Position numbers and translations under genes: made by a program
In this document: piece by piece, positions 50,080 through 59,973 of the stretch
Layout: every line of letters starts with the position of its first letter
How positions within the stretch are numbered: position 1 is the stretch's first letter
Assembly (NCBI GenBank): GCA_041645165.1
Contig: JBAZQN010000012.1
Coordinates: forward strand, 636 to 64,635
Length of the DNA stretch: 64,000 nucleotides
Origin: Patescibacteria group bacterium
Lineage (GTDB): Bacteria; Patescibacteriota; Patescibacteriia; 2-02-FULL-49-11
Direction: 5' to 3'
Notes under the pieces: model-generated
What the model saw: only the letters and a program-made list of their open reading frames with translations
Databases searched by the model: none
Told to the model about the DNA's origin: nothing

Positions 50080-51636
50080 ATGTCTGAACATCCACAGCAA
50101 CGACAGGAGGCAGAGGGAGGAATACATCAATTCATTGACACGAGCGGAGCGACTATCGGACCTACTGTTGATCAGAATTTTAACGGCGCGCATATCGGTC
50201 CCCATACCGAAGAGAATTTTAGCGGCGCGCGCATTGGCGGCATGCACGCAGAACACGTCGATGGCGGTATCAATGTCACTATCGGCTCGCCACGAGATGT
50301 AACGGCAGAAAAAGAGAAGACAGCTGCGCGTGAGGAGACGACCACAAAGAAGGCTGCAACTCATGAGGAAAAGCCAGCGAGCGAAGAAAAGGGTAAGGGG
50401 ACAAATCAGGAAGCAAAGGAGCAAAAAGATGTAACGTATAAACTTACCCAGGGTGAATTTGATATGTTAGTATTGGCGACAAAGGTGAAATTACGCAGGA
50501 AAGAAGTTACACCAGAAGAATTGGGAAAAGTATTAGAGCAGGCGGTAAAGGATGTGATTGGCGTTGCCGCAAAGGAGAAACGGGCAAGAAAAGACGTAAA
50601 GGTTTATTCTCTCGAAGACTTCAAGACGGCACTTGGCATAGGTAAAAAGAAAGAAGAAGAACCAAAGGAGGAATATGCACTGACTGATGCTGAATTGGCA
50701 AGTGCGGTGCGGAGGCTGAAAAAAGCATTTCCTCTTGAGGGAAACAAAGAGCCGCCTGATGAAGGTATTATGTTTATAGTGAAAGACGAAATGTTGAAAC
50801 GCGGCGAAAAGGCTGAAACACCGAAAGACGCAAAGGTCTTGACAATCGCGCAGATCAGGGATGCATATAAGAGACCAGAGAAGAAGGAACAGAAAGAAGA
50901 AGCGTCCTTTCAGATGACTCCTTTTGAGTTTAAATATGTAGTCAAACGGCTTTTGGAATGGAAAGTGACGGCGGACAAACTTTCTGTGATAGATGTACAG
51001 AGAATTAAGCTTGACCCCGCCAGGAGAAGAGGGGGGGAACAGCCGCGTACGTACACCTTGGATGATATAAGGAAGGCTTTAGGATCCGAAGGGGCGGGCG
51101 GTCAGACAGACAAGAGTGCGAGGAAAGATGATAAAGATGGCAATGCACCACCACCTGAGAAGGAAGCGCCTGACGGTGGATACCAGTATAGTAAGGCTGA
51201 AATGGCGTCTGTTGTGAAATCACTTGCTGACCAGATGATTGATCCCCAGAATTTAACGGCTGAAGATATTCGCGCAATATCATATCCTGTTGAGGAACAT
51301 GCAGAGCGGGGTGCGGTTACTTTGGAGGATCTAAAACAGGCCTTGGCTGAAGAGTTGGGGAAGAGGGCGGGAGGAGAACATGAGGGTTTTAAGCCAAAAA
51401 CCAAGGAGGAGCTTGAGGCGATTGCCCCCGAGCCTTATAAGGTTACTTATAACGGAGCTACCTATGATATCCGACAGGTAATGGATAATGCTGATAAGCT
51501 TGCGCGAGTGAGGGATGCGTTTGGCATTGAAGGGAAAGAGAGAACTTCTACACAGAAGGGGATTGTGGGTGATTTAGCGATAGCGTTAGATATAGCAATT
51601 AGAAATGGACTCCAGCCAATCGAGGAAAAGAAGTAA
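50080..51636 (+). CDS. Charged protein with N-terminal GAxIG repeats and four internal helical repeats
   Basis: ATG at 50080; repeats end YSLEDFKTAL, LTIAQIRDAY, YTLDDIRKAL, VTLEDLKQAL. Confidence 0.8.
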   Translation: MSEHPQQRQEAEGGIHQFIDTSGATIGPTVDQNFNGAHIGPHTEENFSGARIGGMHAEHVDGGINVTIGSPRDVTAEKEKTAAREETTTKKAATHEEKPASEEKGKGTNQEAKEQKDVTYKLTQGEFDMLVLATKVKLRRKEVTPEELGKVLEQAVKDVIGVAAKEKRARKDVKVYSLEDFKTALGIGKKKEEEPKEEYALTDAELASAVRRLKKAFPLEGNKEPPDEGIMFIVKDEMLKRGEKAETPKDAKVLTIAQIRDAYKRPEKKEQKEEASFQMTPFEFKYVVKRLLEWKVTADKLSVIDVQRIKLDPARRRGGEQPRTYTLDDIRKALGSEGAGGQTDKSARKDDKDGNAPPPEKEAPDGGYQYSKAEMASVVKSLADQMIDPQNLTAEDIRAISYPVEEHAERGAVTLEDLKQALAEELGKRAGGEHEGFKPKTKEELEAIAPEPYKVTYNGATYDIRQVMDNADKLARVRDAFGIEGKERTSTQKGIVGDLAIALDIAIRNGLQPIEEKK

Positions 51637-51659
51637 GTCACACGGATTTGATTTAGTGT

Positions 51660-51992
51660 ATGTCACACGCACCTGCACGTCACTTCGCCCACCACCTTAT
51701 ACATCACGGAGGGCTTCACGTACTCGGTCATACGTATACGCATGAATATAAAGAGAAACTCGCCGATCAGCTATCCCGTAGGGTGGGCCTGAAAGCGATA
51801 CAAATGCTCGACGATAATGGGCGGGAGGAGTATATGAAATTCAGTTCCAAATTTGCACGCAAGGATCCGACGCCTAAGCAGGCGTTTGATTTTTTTCGAA
51901 AGCGCATTCCCGACTTTGAGAAGAAACTCGGGCAGGTAGTGAGCGATATTATACGCGATTTTTTCGAATCCCATGCGAAGTTTGTAGGATAA
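51660..51992 (+). CDS. DUF5663-like small helical protein, copy 2 (His-rich N-terminus)
   Basis: EYKEKLADQLSRRVGLKAIQMLD...FFRKRIPDFE aligns with copy 1. Confidence 0.75.
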   Translation: MSHAPARHFAHHLIHHGGLHVLGHTYTHEYKEKLADQLSRRVGLKAIQMLDDNGREEYMKFSSKFARKDPTPKQAFDFFRKRIPDFEKKLGQVVSDIIRDFFESHAKFVG

Positions 51993-51995
51993 TAT

Positions 51996-54900
51996 ATGGA
52001 AGATCCCAAAGAACAAAGTACATCCACTCATACCGAGCTCACGCGCGAGCGCGGAGTGACCAGCGAGGAGCGTGCAAAGCACGTACTGCTTGAAAAAGAG
52101 CTCACTGCGTTGATGCGCAAACGTAAAAAAGGCGAAGCGCCGTCACCTGATGAAAAAAGGCTTATCGGCGACGTCCTCGCGCACCCTTATCGGATCGAGC
52201 AGGTAACCGTGTTCCTGTATGGGCCGCGAAGTACAAAAATATCTCCTGAAATTAAAGCAAAGTTACTTGAATTCTGCACATTAAGAGATAGGATCGAGTT
52301 AGGGAGTCATGGTGCAGGGGGATCTATAATAATTAATCAGAACGTTGAAGGAGTTCATCAAACCATTGATAATAGCGGCGCTCAAATAGGACCTCAAGTA
52401 AAGCAAGACTTTACCGGTGCACATATTGGACCTCATGTGGAAGAGGATTTTACCGGTGCACGTGTTGGCGGCATGCATGCGGATAATGTACAGGGCGGCA
52501 TAACGGTTGACGTTGCGGGAGGGGTGGCATCTGTTCCTGTGGCGCCTCCCTCGCATGAAGAACCACGGAGGGAGAGACCAGAGGAAGAGGAGGAAGCTGA
52601 ACAAGAACCAGAAGAAGAAGAAGAAGAAGTTGAAGAGGAGCCAGAAGAGGAGGAAGCTGAGTTAGTACCAGAGGAAGAAGTTGAAGAGGAAGAGGAACTA
52701 GAGCCGGAGAGAGAATGGAATCTCCTACGCAGGCTGAATACGGCAAAACGGGAGGAGGCACTGCGTCAGGGGGTGGAGGGACCGAAGACCGAGGAAGACA
52801 TTGAGATTGATTTGGAAAAAGTAAAATACGCAGAACGTGATGAGGTGGCAGATGACCAAGAGCTCAATGAGAAGATCCAGGAGCTTTTAGAAGCTATGGC
52901 AAAGGCTGAGGATGTGCTTGAGGGTGTGAAACCGGAGACCTTGCAGTTTATCAACGAGCGGACGGGACTTCCTGAAGATCAGGTTTTAGAAATAGCCAAA
53001 CAACAGCTAACGCGTTTGCAAGAGGAAGCCGAGAAAAATGTGAAGGGCAAGAAGAGCAAATCAGGCTGGTTTAAGACGCTCGCAAAAAATATCCTTCCCT
53101 ATGCCGCTTTTGCGAGCTTGGGTTTTTTTGCGCTACTTCCCGGTTCGCTTGCCGCGCTCACGTTTGCGGCGTACCGCGGCGGGCAGATGCTCTATAAGAA
53201 GCATAAGGAGAAGAAGGCGATTACCGAAGAGACAGAACGCATACAGGGCCAGTTGGTCGTAAACGGTTCTCAAGAACAGCGGCAATATAAGGAGCAGTAT
53301 AACGCATCCATTGCCACGGCCAAGCAGGAGCAGATCGACGGAGAGTCAGTGGAAAAGAGGATGCTTGATACTGATGCAGCGCGGGATGCGCATCTTAATA
53401 CATGGAGAGCAGAAGAGTTGTGGAGCAAATCAGCGGCAGATCAAGAAAGCGCCCGACAGGAATATTTGGATGAACTTACTAATACCAGGGAAGCGTATGA
53501 ACAAAGGATTCTCACGTATTTGGAAAACCACGAATACTGGAGAGAGCGTCCCGAAGAAGAGCGTGTGCTCTACGCCAAGGCGTGCAGTGATTTATATGAG
53601 CGAAATGAACGGGAGTCATTGAGCGAGGCGGAGCTGCAGGCGGAATTTGTAAAGGTAGATGAGGGAAAGATTACGAAGTTCCTACGGCGCAAGCGGCACG
53701 AGCTCGAAGAAGTAAAGTTCTTCAAGGGGCTTTCTGAAAAGATGAAGGATAAGGTAAATACCGGCCTCATCTTTATTGCCGCTCGGCAAGTGGCGCATGC
53801 CAGCAGCGTTCTGGGACCTGCGATGGATTTCTGGGGCGGCATGCGGCTCGGCGGCGCATTGGGGGATTTGATGCTGCGAAAGAAATATGGCGAACTCCAG
53901 GATGTGACGGTAGATGATCTCACGCGGTGCCAGTCGCTCTCAAGACTCACTCCTGATCAACGAAGCAAAGCTAACTTACCGGACGATGCCCAGCTTACAG
54001 AATGGAAGAAAGCGCTCTATGATAAGGCGCAGCGGCAGATATTGAATACAGATTTCAGGCTCAAACATCCCACGGAATATGCACAGTTAAAGGAGTATCT
54101 CCACGGAGAAGCGCTGAAAGACATGTCCACCCGTTATCTCATGCGACTGGAACAGATGAACAGTGATGACGAGCAAGTCATGGCGCTCTCTTTAGGTCTT
54201 GCGGTCAGTGAGGAACAGAAAGTGAGCCGCACCCAGGAAGCTGCTGTTACGGGAGGGGCACGAGAGGCGCAGGCACGGAAGGAAAAGATAGAAAAGGAAG
54301 TGCAGTGGAAGAGGGTAGCCTATAAGATGGGCGGTGCATTGATTACCTCGGTGGTTGGTGAAGTGGTGTCTAAAGAGATTCAGGAGGCGGTGGAGGCGAA
54401 GGTTGCCGCAGGGGAAGTATCGGAAGGTGCATTGGCAGTCGCGGCACGGGTGACGACTTGGTTTGAAGAGTTGCAGCGGGGCGCGCAGGGCGAGCGGTGG
54501 TGGGAAAAACTCCCGCCTGAGTGGGCAGGGGAGAAGGTCAATTTGCTCGGCGTCGAAATGACGAAATTAGAATGGCTGAGGAAGTTCGTGCCAGAATTCG
54601 AAATAGCCACTGAACATTTACCGCCCGTTGAGTTTGATGATGGAGGGGGCGAGGGGGCATTGCCCGCACCAGGTTCTGCCGGGGAAGAACATGTACCAGG
54701 AGAATTTGAGGATGGTGGAGATAAAGGAGGGGGAGAAGCGATAGTTCCGCCACCAGTCGAAACCGTTCCCTTGCCGGCCCATATTGGATATCAAGGCGGT
54801 GGGGACTTGTGGCATGAGCTTATCAAGCAAGCTAATGTCCGTGCTGACTTCACCCAACTTGTGGGCCATCAAATTCCGGAATCAAGCTTGCAACTTTCCG

Positions 54901-56873
54901 GGGATGATACTTGGACGATTGACGCTTTGAAAGACGAAGTTTTGCGTAATCCGGCAGCATATAATTTGCCTGCTAATGTTGATATTGACCATTTGACTGC
55001 GGAACAGTTAAAGAATTTTGATTATGATAAACTGTTTAATCAATGGACGATAACTCATCAGGCTGACGTGATTCATCATGTCAGCGCTTCGGAAGACGCC
55101 CAGAATAAGGAACACAATCGCCTACTTGCTAAGTGGCAGGCGGAGCATCCGCACGAGACGATTGAATCCACGCCGGGTGAGAAGAATTTTGCGGATGATA
55201 TTATTAGAGAAATGCGGGCGGAAGAGGTGTTCGCAGAGGGAACCACAGCAGGTGGCAGTGCAGCGCCGGTGGTGCCTGAAACGGCAGGAACCGGCAGGAC
55301 TGTGGTGATCAATGAAGCGGGCGCAGAGTATGAGCAGCCCGCGGAGCTCGTATATCCGCAGGCAGGCAAGGGTGCGCAGGTTGAAGCGCCGCCTGCTGCG
55401 GCGAAGGTATCCGGAGGCGTGATATTGGAAACGCCTGTGCCAGAGAGCAGCGCCGGCGGGCAGGAATATTTCTATGATGAGAATTCTCATATGGAGTACC
55501 GCCATGTGCCCGGGACGAAAAATATTTATGAATTCAATAAGATAGAAGAAGGAGCGACTGGCGGAGGAAAGGGATCATTTAAAGATCATGGGTTGCCGGA
55601 GGGCGCCGTGGAAGTAGATGCCAAGGGAGTCCAGCAAGTTGTTGCCGAATACGCCAAACTGGATAAACAATTATTGAATGATGAGAAGGTGCTCCCAGAG
55701 GGAGCAAAGCGTTTGTTTTATACACCGGAGAGCCAACGCGACTTCGCGTATTATCAGCAGTTGGACCAGGCTTTGCGCGAGATTGATCGGGTGCACATTG
55801 AGCAAGACGGCAGGATGATGAACTGCATCATCGGCGGCAAGGATTACCGTATAGCGATACCCGAAGGATGGCGTGTAGGAGACGATGCGCAGGGCAGCCT
55901 AGAGCCGCGGATTTCTGTGAATAGTCCTGAAGGCATAAATACAATAGGTGTGCTCACGGTGAAGGACAATAAACTTATAATTGATTCATTAGGTAATCAG
56001 CAGGAAGTGGGCGGGGCCTTTGGAGGCAAGCAGTTGAAAGGAGAGGGATTGAGGATAATTGCTATTGATAAAAGTCCATTGCCGACGGGTATCGCAGGTA
56101 TTGATCCAAAGATACCGGGACTGGATGCTCAACGTACTCAACCATTGGAGGGCAAAGAATCTACTGGGATCCCTGCAGTTGATCGTTTGCATCAGGAAGT
56201 TGCAGAGATGCATAAATACACAGATGCATGGGATACACTTATGTCTGATAAGGCCACAGGCGAACAAAAGGTTGAAGCTTTTAAAGCGGTCATCCCTGAC
56301 AAGCAAGCGGTGGAAATGAATATCTTTACCTTCGCGCGCGATGGCGACAAATTGTATCTTATAGAAGGCGGCAAACAGATAGAGGTTACGCCCAATAATG
56401 TCAATAAATTGCAAGAGATTTATCAGCAGGCATGGGATCAGCTTCATGGTAAACATATGGCTCCGGTGACAGAGCGGGCGGCAGCGCACGCGGCGGAAGC
56501 TGTGTCCCCGTCTTCGGGACCAGAGGTGAAATATGATTTTGGCAAAGCATTCACATCATTAAATACTGACGATCTCTATTTGGTGAAAGGAAATGCGCAA
56601 GATATGATTAACCTGTCTGGCACGGAATTTGGCAAGATTGCGGCAAATTTAGGCATGTCAGAGGCTAATTTTCGCAGGGGACTTGAGCTTATCGTAAAGG
56701 GAGTTGATGCGAATGGCGGGAACTTTATCATGGACAATGCGCAGGATATAAAAGACGTTGAGGGCGCGCTCGATGCCATTATTACCGCGTACGGGGAAAC
56801 GAGCAGCATCGGACAGTATCTTAAGCACTTACAGGAATCAGTTGAGCAAAGCCTCAAGAAACCCGACACATAA
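51996..56873 (+). CDS. 1625-aa protein with GAxIG repeats, Glu-rich tract, coiled coils and hydrophobic hairpin
   Basis: Long ORF; ILPYAAFASLGFFALLPGSLAALTFAAY; no signal peptide. Confidence 0.85.
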   Translation: MEDPKEQSTSTHTELTRERGVTSEERAKHVLLEKELTALMRKRKKGEAPSPDEKRLIGDVLAHPYRIEQVTVFLYGPRSTKISPEIKAKLLEFCTLRDRIELGSHGAGGSIIINQNVEGVHQTIDNSGAQIGPQVKQDFTGAHIGPHVEEDFTGARVGGMHADNVQGGITVDVAGGVASVPVAPPSHEEPRRERPEEEEEAEQEPEEEEEEVEEEPEEEEAELVPEEEVEEEEELEPEREWNLLRRLNTAKREEALRQGVEGPKTEEDIEIDLEKVKYAERDEVADDQELNEKIQELLEAMAKAEDVLEGVKPETLQFINERTGLPEDQVLEIAKQQLTRLQEEAEKNVKGKKSKSGWFKTLAKNILPYAAFASLGFFALLPGSLAALTFAAYRGGQMLYKKHKEKKAITEETERIQGQLVVNGSQEQRQYKEQYNASIATAKQEQIDGESVEKRMLDTDAARDAHLNTWRAEELWSKSAADQESARQEYLDELTNTREAYEQRILTYLENHEYWRERPEEERVLYAKACSDLYERNERESLSEAELQAEFVKVDEGKITKFLRRKRHELEEVKFFKGLSEKMKDKVNTGLIFIAARQVAHASSVLGPAMDFWGGMRLGGALGDLMLRKKYGELQDVTVDDLTRCQSLSRLTPDQRSKANLPDDAQLTEWKKALYDKAQRQILNTDFRLKHPTEYAQLKEYLHGEALKDMSTRYLMRLEQMNSDDEQVMALSLGLAVSEEQKVSRTQEAAVTGGAREAQARKEKIEKEVQWKRVAYKMGGALITSVVGEVVSKEIQEAVEAKVAAGEVSEGALAVAARVTTWFEELQRGAQGERWWEKLPPEWAGEKVNLLGVEMTKLEWLRKFVPEFEIATEHLPPVEFDDGGGEGALPAPGSAGEEHVPGEFEDGGDKGGGEAIVPPPVETVPLPAHIGYQGGGDLWHELIKQANVRADFTQLVGHQIPESSLQLSGDDTWTIDALKDEVLRNPAAYNLPANVDIDHLTAEQLKNFDYDKLFNQWTITHQADVIHHVSASEDAQNKEHNRLLAKWQAEHPHETIESTPGEKNFADDIIREMRAEEVFAEGTTAGGSAAPVVPETAGTGRTVVINEAGAEYEQPAELVYPQAGKGAQVEAPPAAAKVSGGVILETPVPESSAGGQEYFYDENSHMEYRHVPGTKNIYEFNKIEEGATGGGKGSFKDHGLPEGAVEVDAKGVQQVVAEYAKLDKQLLNDEKVLPEGAKRLFYTPESQRDFAYYQQLDQALREIDRVHIEQDGRMMNCIIGGKDYRIAIPEGWRVGDDAQGSLEPRISVNSPEGINTIGVLTVKDNKLIIDSLGNQQEVGGAFGGKQLKGEGLRIIAIDKSPLPTGIAGIDPKIPGLDAQRTQPLEGKESTGIPAVDRLHQEVAEMHKYTDAWDTLMSDKATGEQKVEAFKAVIPDKQAVEMNIFTFARDGDKLYLIEGGKQIEVTPNNVNKLQEIYQQAWDQLHGKHMAPVTERAAAHAAEAVSPSSGPEVKYDFGKAFTSLNTDDLYLVKGNAQDMINLSGTEFGKIAANLGMSEANFRRGLELIVKGVDANGGNFIMDNAQDIKDVEGALDAIITAYGETSSIGQYLKHLQESVEQSLKKPDT

Positions 56874-57016
56874 TCTTTTCTCCGAAAAAGAGAATCATCA
56901 TACGGGCGCGCGGCAACGCGCCTTTTGTAATTCATCCCGCCCGCGATCACGCGCACCGCATAATCAAAATGTAGGGGCGTACGGCTGTACGCCCATAACC
57001 TGAATAAAAAGCAAGA

Positions 57017-57042
57017 AACCCTCGAGATCTTGCGCGCATTTG
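57017..57042 (+). repeat. 26-bp exact direct repeat, copy 1
   Basis: aaccctcgagatcttgcgcgcatttg also at 57834-57859. Confidence 0.9.
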
Positions 57043-57091
57043 AACCATTGACGGTTGCGTGCTGATGATAAATTTGATATAGTAGGGTCGT

Positions 57092-57509
57092 ATGGTAATT
57101 GATGTAATGGTTCAAGTAAATTATTGGCGCAAGAATGCAGCAGCGAAATGGAAGACGGCGCAGGGATTATATTCCCTTAAGCGGTACGCTGATTGTCTGT
57201 TTTTTTTGTCATCTGGTGTTGGAGTGCCTGCTCAAGGCATTGGTGTGTCAAGCGACTAAAAAGGAGGCTCCCTATATTCACAATCTTGTACGCCTTGCAG
57301 AGTATGCACACCTTGAGCTGTCCGATATCCAAAAGGATACCCTCAAAGTTATCAGTACATTCAACCTCCGGGCGCGCTATGAGGAGTATAAGATGGCATT
57401 CCACAAAAGGGCAACGAGCGCATTCACGGAAGAATATTTTAATCACACGCGCATAATGAAAGTATGGTTATCACGCGAACTACAAAAAAGAGGGCACAGA
57501 GGTATGTAG
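57092..57509 (+). pseudogene. HEPN-domain gene frameshifted in a T8 run (57200-57207)
   Basis: Frame from 57092 gives VNYWRKNA..KRYADCLFF; next frame gives FFCHLVLECLLKA..IHNLVRLA..FNLRARY. Confidence 0.8.
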
Positions 57510-57799
57510 CGGACTTCGTGCGGCACCTCAAGCAACAGGAGAAGCTACCTATACAGGGAGTGTATCTTTTTGGCTCTTACGCGAAGGGGACTCCGCATAA
57601 GTGGAGCGATATTGACGTGGCGGTCGTTTCCCGGAAGTTTACCGGTAAGGTAGATCCTTATGAATATCTGTGGCTGCATTTGCGGGATGAAGATGTGAGG
57701 CGCGGCATTGAGCCGATAGGTTTCCATCCGCGGGATTTTGTGTGGGAGAATCCCCTCGCGGCAGAGGTGAAGCAGCACGGAATTAAGATCAAAGTGTAG
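57464..57799 (+). CDS. Minimal nucleotidyltransferase (MNT) antitoxin-like protein
   Basis: YLFGSYAKG...SDIDVAVVS; overlaps the HEPN gene. Confidence 0.92.
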   Translation: MVITRTTKKRAQRYVADFVRHLKQQEKLPIQGVYLFGSYAKGTPHKWSDIDVAVVSRKFTGKVDPYEYLWLHLRDEDVRRGIEPIGFHPRDFVWENPLAAEVKQHGIKIKV

Positions 57800-57833
57800 C
57801 CAGGATGCGTCTTTACCCCTAGAAAAAACAAGG

Positions 57834-57859
57834 AACCCTCGAGATCTTGCGCGCATTTG
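57834..57859 (+). repeat. 26-bp exact direct repeat, copy 2
   Basis: Identical to 57017-57042. Confidence 0.9.
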
Positions 57860-57924
57860 CATCGGTGCGGCGGGAATCAAAATCATGTTGCTTTTTTGTC
57901 CGCTATGCGCTATAGTCGTTTTAT

Positions 57925-58128
57925 ATGCCGGTACAATATAAAGAGACAATTCGAACTGCAGGCGCTCGCATTATTAATCTTCCCGATTTAAAGCGTCTGC
58001 GCTATTCTCTGCCGGAGAGCTGGGATAACGCCGCGGGTATGTTGCGCCATAAGCGGGCGGCGCTTGAGCGTCATCTTAAGCGCGTGCGTTCGGAGTGGAA
58101 CCGCGCCGGGAGGAGTTATGACGATTGA
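57925..58128 (+). CDS. Putative antitoxin of the PIN toxin
   Basis: 67 aa, AAGML..HLKRVRSEW; overlaps the PIN gene start. Confidence 0.75.
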   Translation: MPVQYKETIRTAGARIINLPDLKRLRYSLPESWDNAAGMLRHKRAALERHLKRVRSEWNRAGRSYDD

Positions 58129-58489
58129 CGCGAACATTCTCATCGCGTACCTTGCGGGCGACGGAGCGGTAATTCAAGCGTTGACGCGATGGCGGCGCGA
58201 TGGCATGCCGCTCTTCCTTTCTACCGTCGCGGAGGCGGAGGTGTTGTCATTTTCAGAGTGGACCTTGCAGGAGCGTCATGATACGGAGAAGTGGATTGAG
58301 GAAAATTTCACCTCTCTATCTTTCGATCGTCAGGTGGCGCGAGTTGCCGCTGATCTTCGTCGTAACTACAAGATTAAGTTTCCCGATGCCGCGATTGCGG
58401 CTACCGCCTGGTATACGAACTCGCCGCTTGTTACAAGGAATCAAAGAGATTTCAAACACATTGATGGTTTACAGATTATAGCTCTGTAA
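58118..58489 (+). CDS. vapC: VapC-family PIN toxin
   Basis: IDANILIAYL, AEAEVL, KFPDAAIAATA, LVTRNQRDF; AGGAG before ATG 58118. Confidence 0.92.
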   Translation: MTIDANILIAYLAGDGAVIQALTRWRRDGMPLFLSTVAEAEVLSFSEWTLQERHDTEKWIEENFTSLSFDRQVARVAADLRRNYKIKFPDAAIAATAWYTNSPLVTRNQRDFKHIDGLQIIAL

Positions 58490-58650
58490 GCGGGCGGGTA
58501 CAGAAGAGAGAGTATCCCGCATCCGCGTAGATCCGCGTATCCGCTAGCTGGTGGAATCTGCGTAGATCAGCGTCACAGAAAAAGCAGAAGCCTTTACCCC
58601 GTGTTCATCACGGGGCCTCAAGTCTCTGAAAATAATAATCATTATAAATG

Positions 58651-58691
58651 CAAGAGCCCTCAGAGACAGTATTATGTCCTGAGGGCTTTTT
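58651..58691. terminator. Terminator hairpin between convergent genes
   Basis: agccctcag...ctgagggcttttt. Confidence 0.65.
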
Positions 58692-58758
58692 AAATCGGTG
58701 GGGTTTTGTCGCAAAAATCACGGGGGCGGGGGACCGCGGGTCGCAATCAGCGAGAGCG

Positions 58759-59379
58759 CTATTGCATCAGTGCTTCAAGCCGTTGCTTCCGCGCCTGGGC
58801 GCGCTGGCGGAGCTCGTCGGCGTTGACGAGGACGGCCCGTAAGGCTGCCTCGCGTTTACCACGGTTTCGCTCCAGGGTTGCGCGGACTGCATCCTGCTGG
58901 ACCGACAAAGTCGAGTCCAGAAGGTCGATGGTGCCGACCATATGCTCGGTCAGCTCGCCAACCGCCAACTCCACGTTATTGATGCGTGTGGAGTCGTCGG
59001 CCAGCCGCGTTGAGTCAGCGGTGAGTCGCTTGGTGATGGTGGTCAGGTCGGCGGCGGCTGGGATGGTCGCCTTTATACTATCCATTTGAGCAATGATCGA
59101 TTGGATAGCTGTCGGCTTTCCATCGCGCCTGTTGATTCCAGGCACCCACATAAATCGGCCGTCGAGAGCGGTTAGACCATTCACCACTCTCATCCAGAAC
59201 TCCCGGAAGACCCGCTCGGTAATGGGGGCATTTGGATCCGGGGGGACCCGTCCGCCAGTGGTGTCCGTGAAAAAAGCGGTCAGAAACGTGCTGTCGGCTG
59301 CGGACAAGGGGGGAAGCTGTGCTTGGGCGGCGGCGGTCAGGATTACGACCGCCAAAATTGTTAATGTGATCGATTTCAT
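58759..59379 (-). CDS. Secreted coiled-coil hypothetical protein
   Basis: Signal peptide ending AQA|Q; AAGGAG upstream. Confidence 0.8.
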   Translation of the reverse strand: MKSITLTILAVVILTAAAQAQLPPLSAADSTFLTAFFTDTTGGRVPPDPNAPITERVFREFWMRVVNGLTALDGRFMWVPGINRRDGKPTAIQSIIAQMDSIKATIPAAADLTTITKRLTADSTRLADDSTRINNVELAVGELTEHMVGTIDLLDSTLSVQQDAVRATLERNRGKREAALRAVLVNADELRQRAQARKQRLEALMQ

Positions 59380-59451
59380 CAGAAATTCTCCTTCTATTTT
59401 TTTGCCCGTCTATGTTAGCCCGGGCGTGGTTGTTTGTGGTAACTGCGCCAA

Positions 59452-59973
59452 TTACATGATCTTGCTGAAGTCGGTTTTGGATTTGGCAGCTTTCGAAGCT
59501 TCAGCAGGTTTGCCGGGCTCGGCTTTTTTTGCCCCTGTTGCTTTCGCAACCTTGGGGGCGTAGAGGGCGTTGACCGAGTCAACGTAGGTCTGCACAGTGG
59601 GCGGCTGGGGGACCACTAGGACGTTTTCGTCCCAGCTGTAGAGGTCCACCTCCGGCAGTTTGGCGCTATCCGGTACCCATGTGGCGTATTGGGGGACCAA
59701 CCCTGCCGCCACGATCGTAGAATAGAGCCCGCCCTCTACTCTCTCTATTCGCGTCGCAAATTCTTTTTTTTGCGTTTCGAGCCCAGATTTGAGCTCTCCA
59801 CGCAAGGTTTCGGTATTGGCCTGGACCATAGCCAATGCCGAGGCGTCAGCGGCGGTGCGGACGGCAGACAGGTCCGAGTGGGAGGGACTGCAGGGTCCCC
59901 AGAATCCCACTGCGACGGCGGCAATTGCCACCGCTAAGGTCCCGATTGAGAACCAGTTGATTTTTGTTTCCAT
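59452..59973 (-). CDS. Membrane-anchored hypothetical protein with Lys/Ala-rich tail
   Basis: N-terminal TM helix; AGGAGG upstream. Confidence 0.8.
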   Translation of the reverse strand: METKINWFSIGTLAVAIAAVAVGFWGPCSPSHSDLSAVRTAADASALAMVQANTETLRGELKSGLETQKKEFATRIERVEGGLYSTIVAAGLVPQYATWVPDSAKLPEVDLYSWDENVLVVPQPPTVQTYVDSVNALYAPKVAKATGAKKAEPGKPAEASKAAKSKTDFSKIM

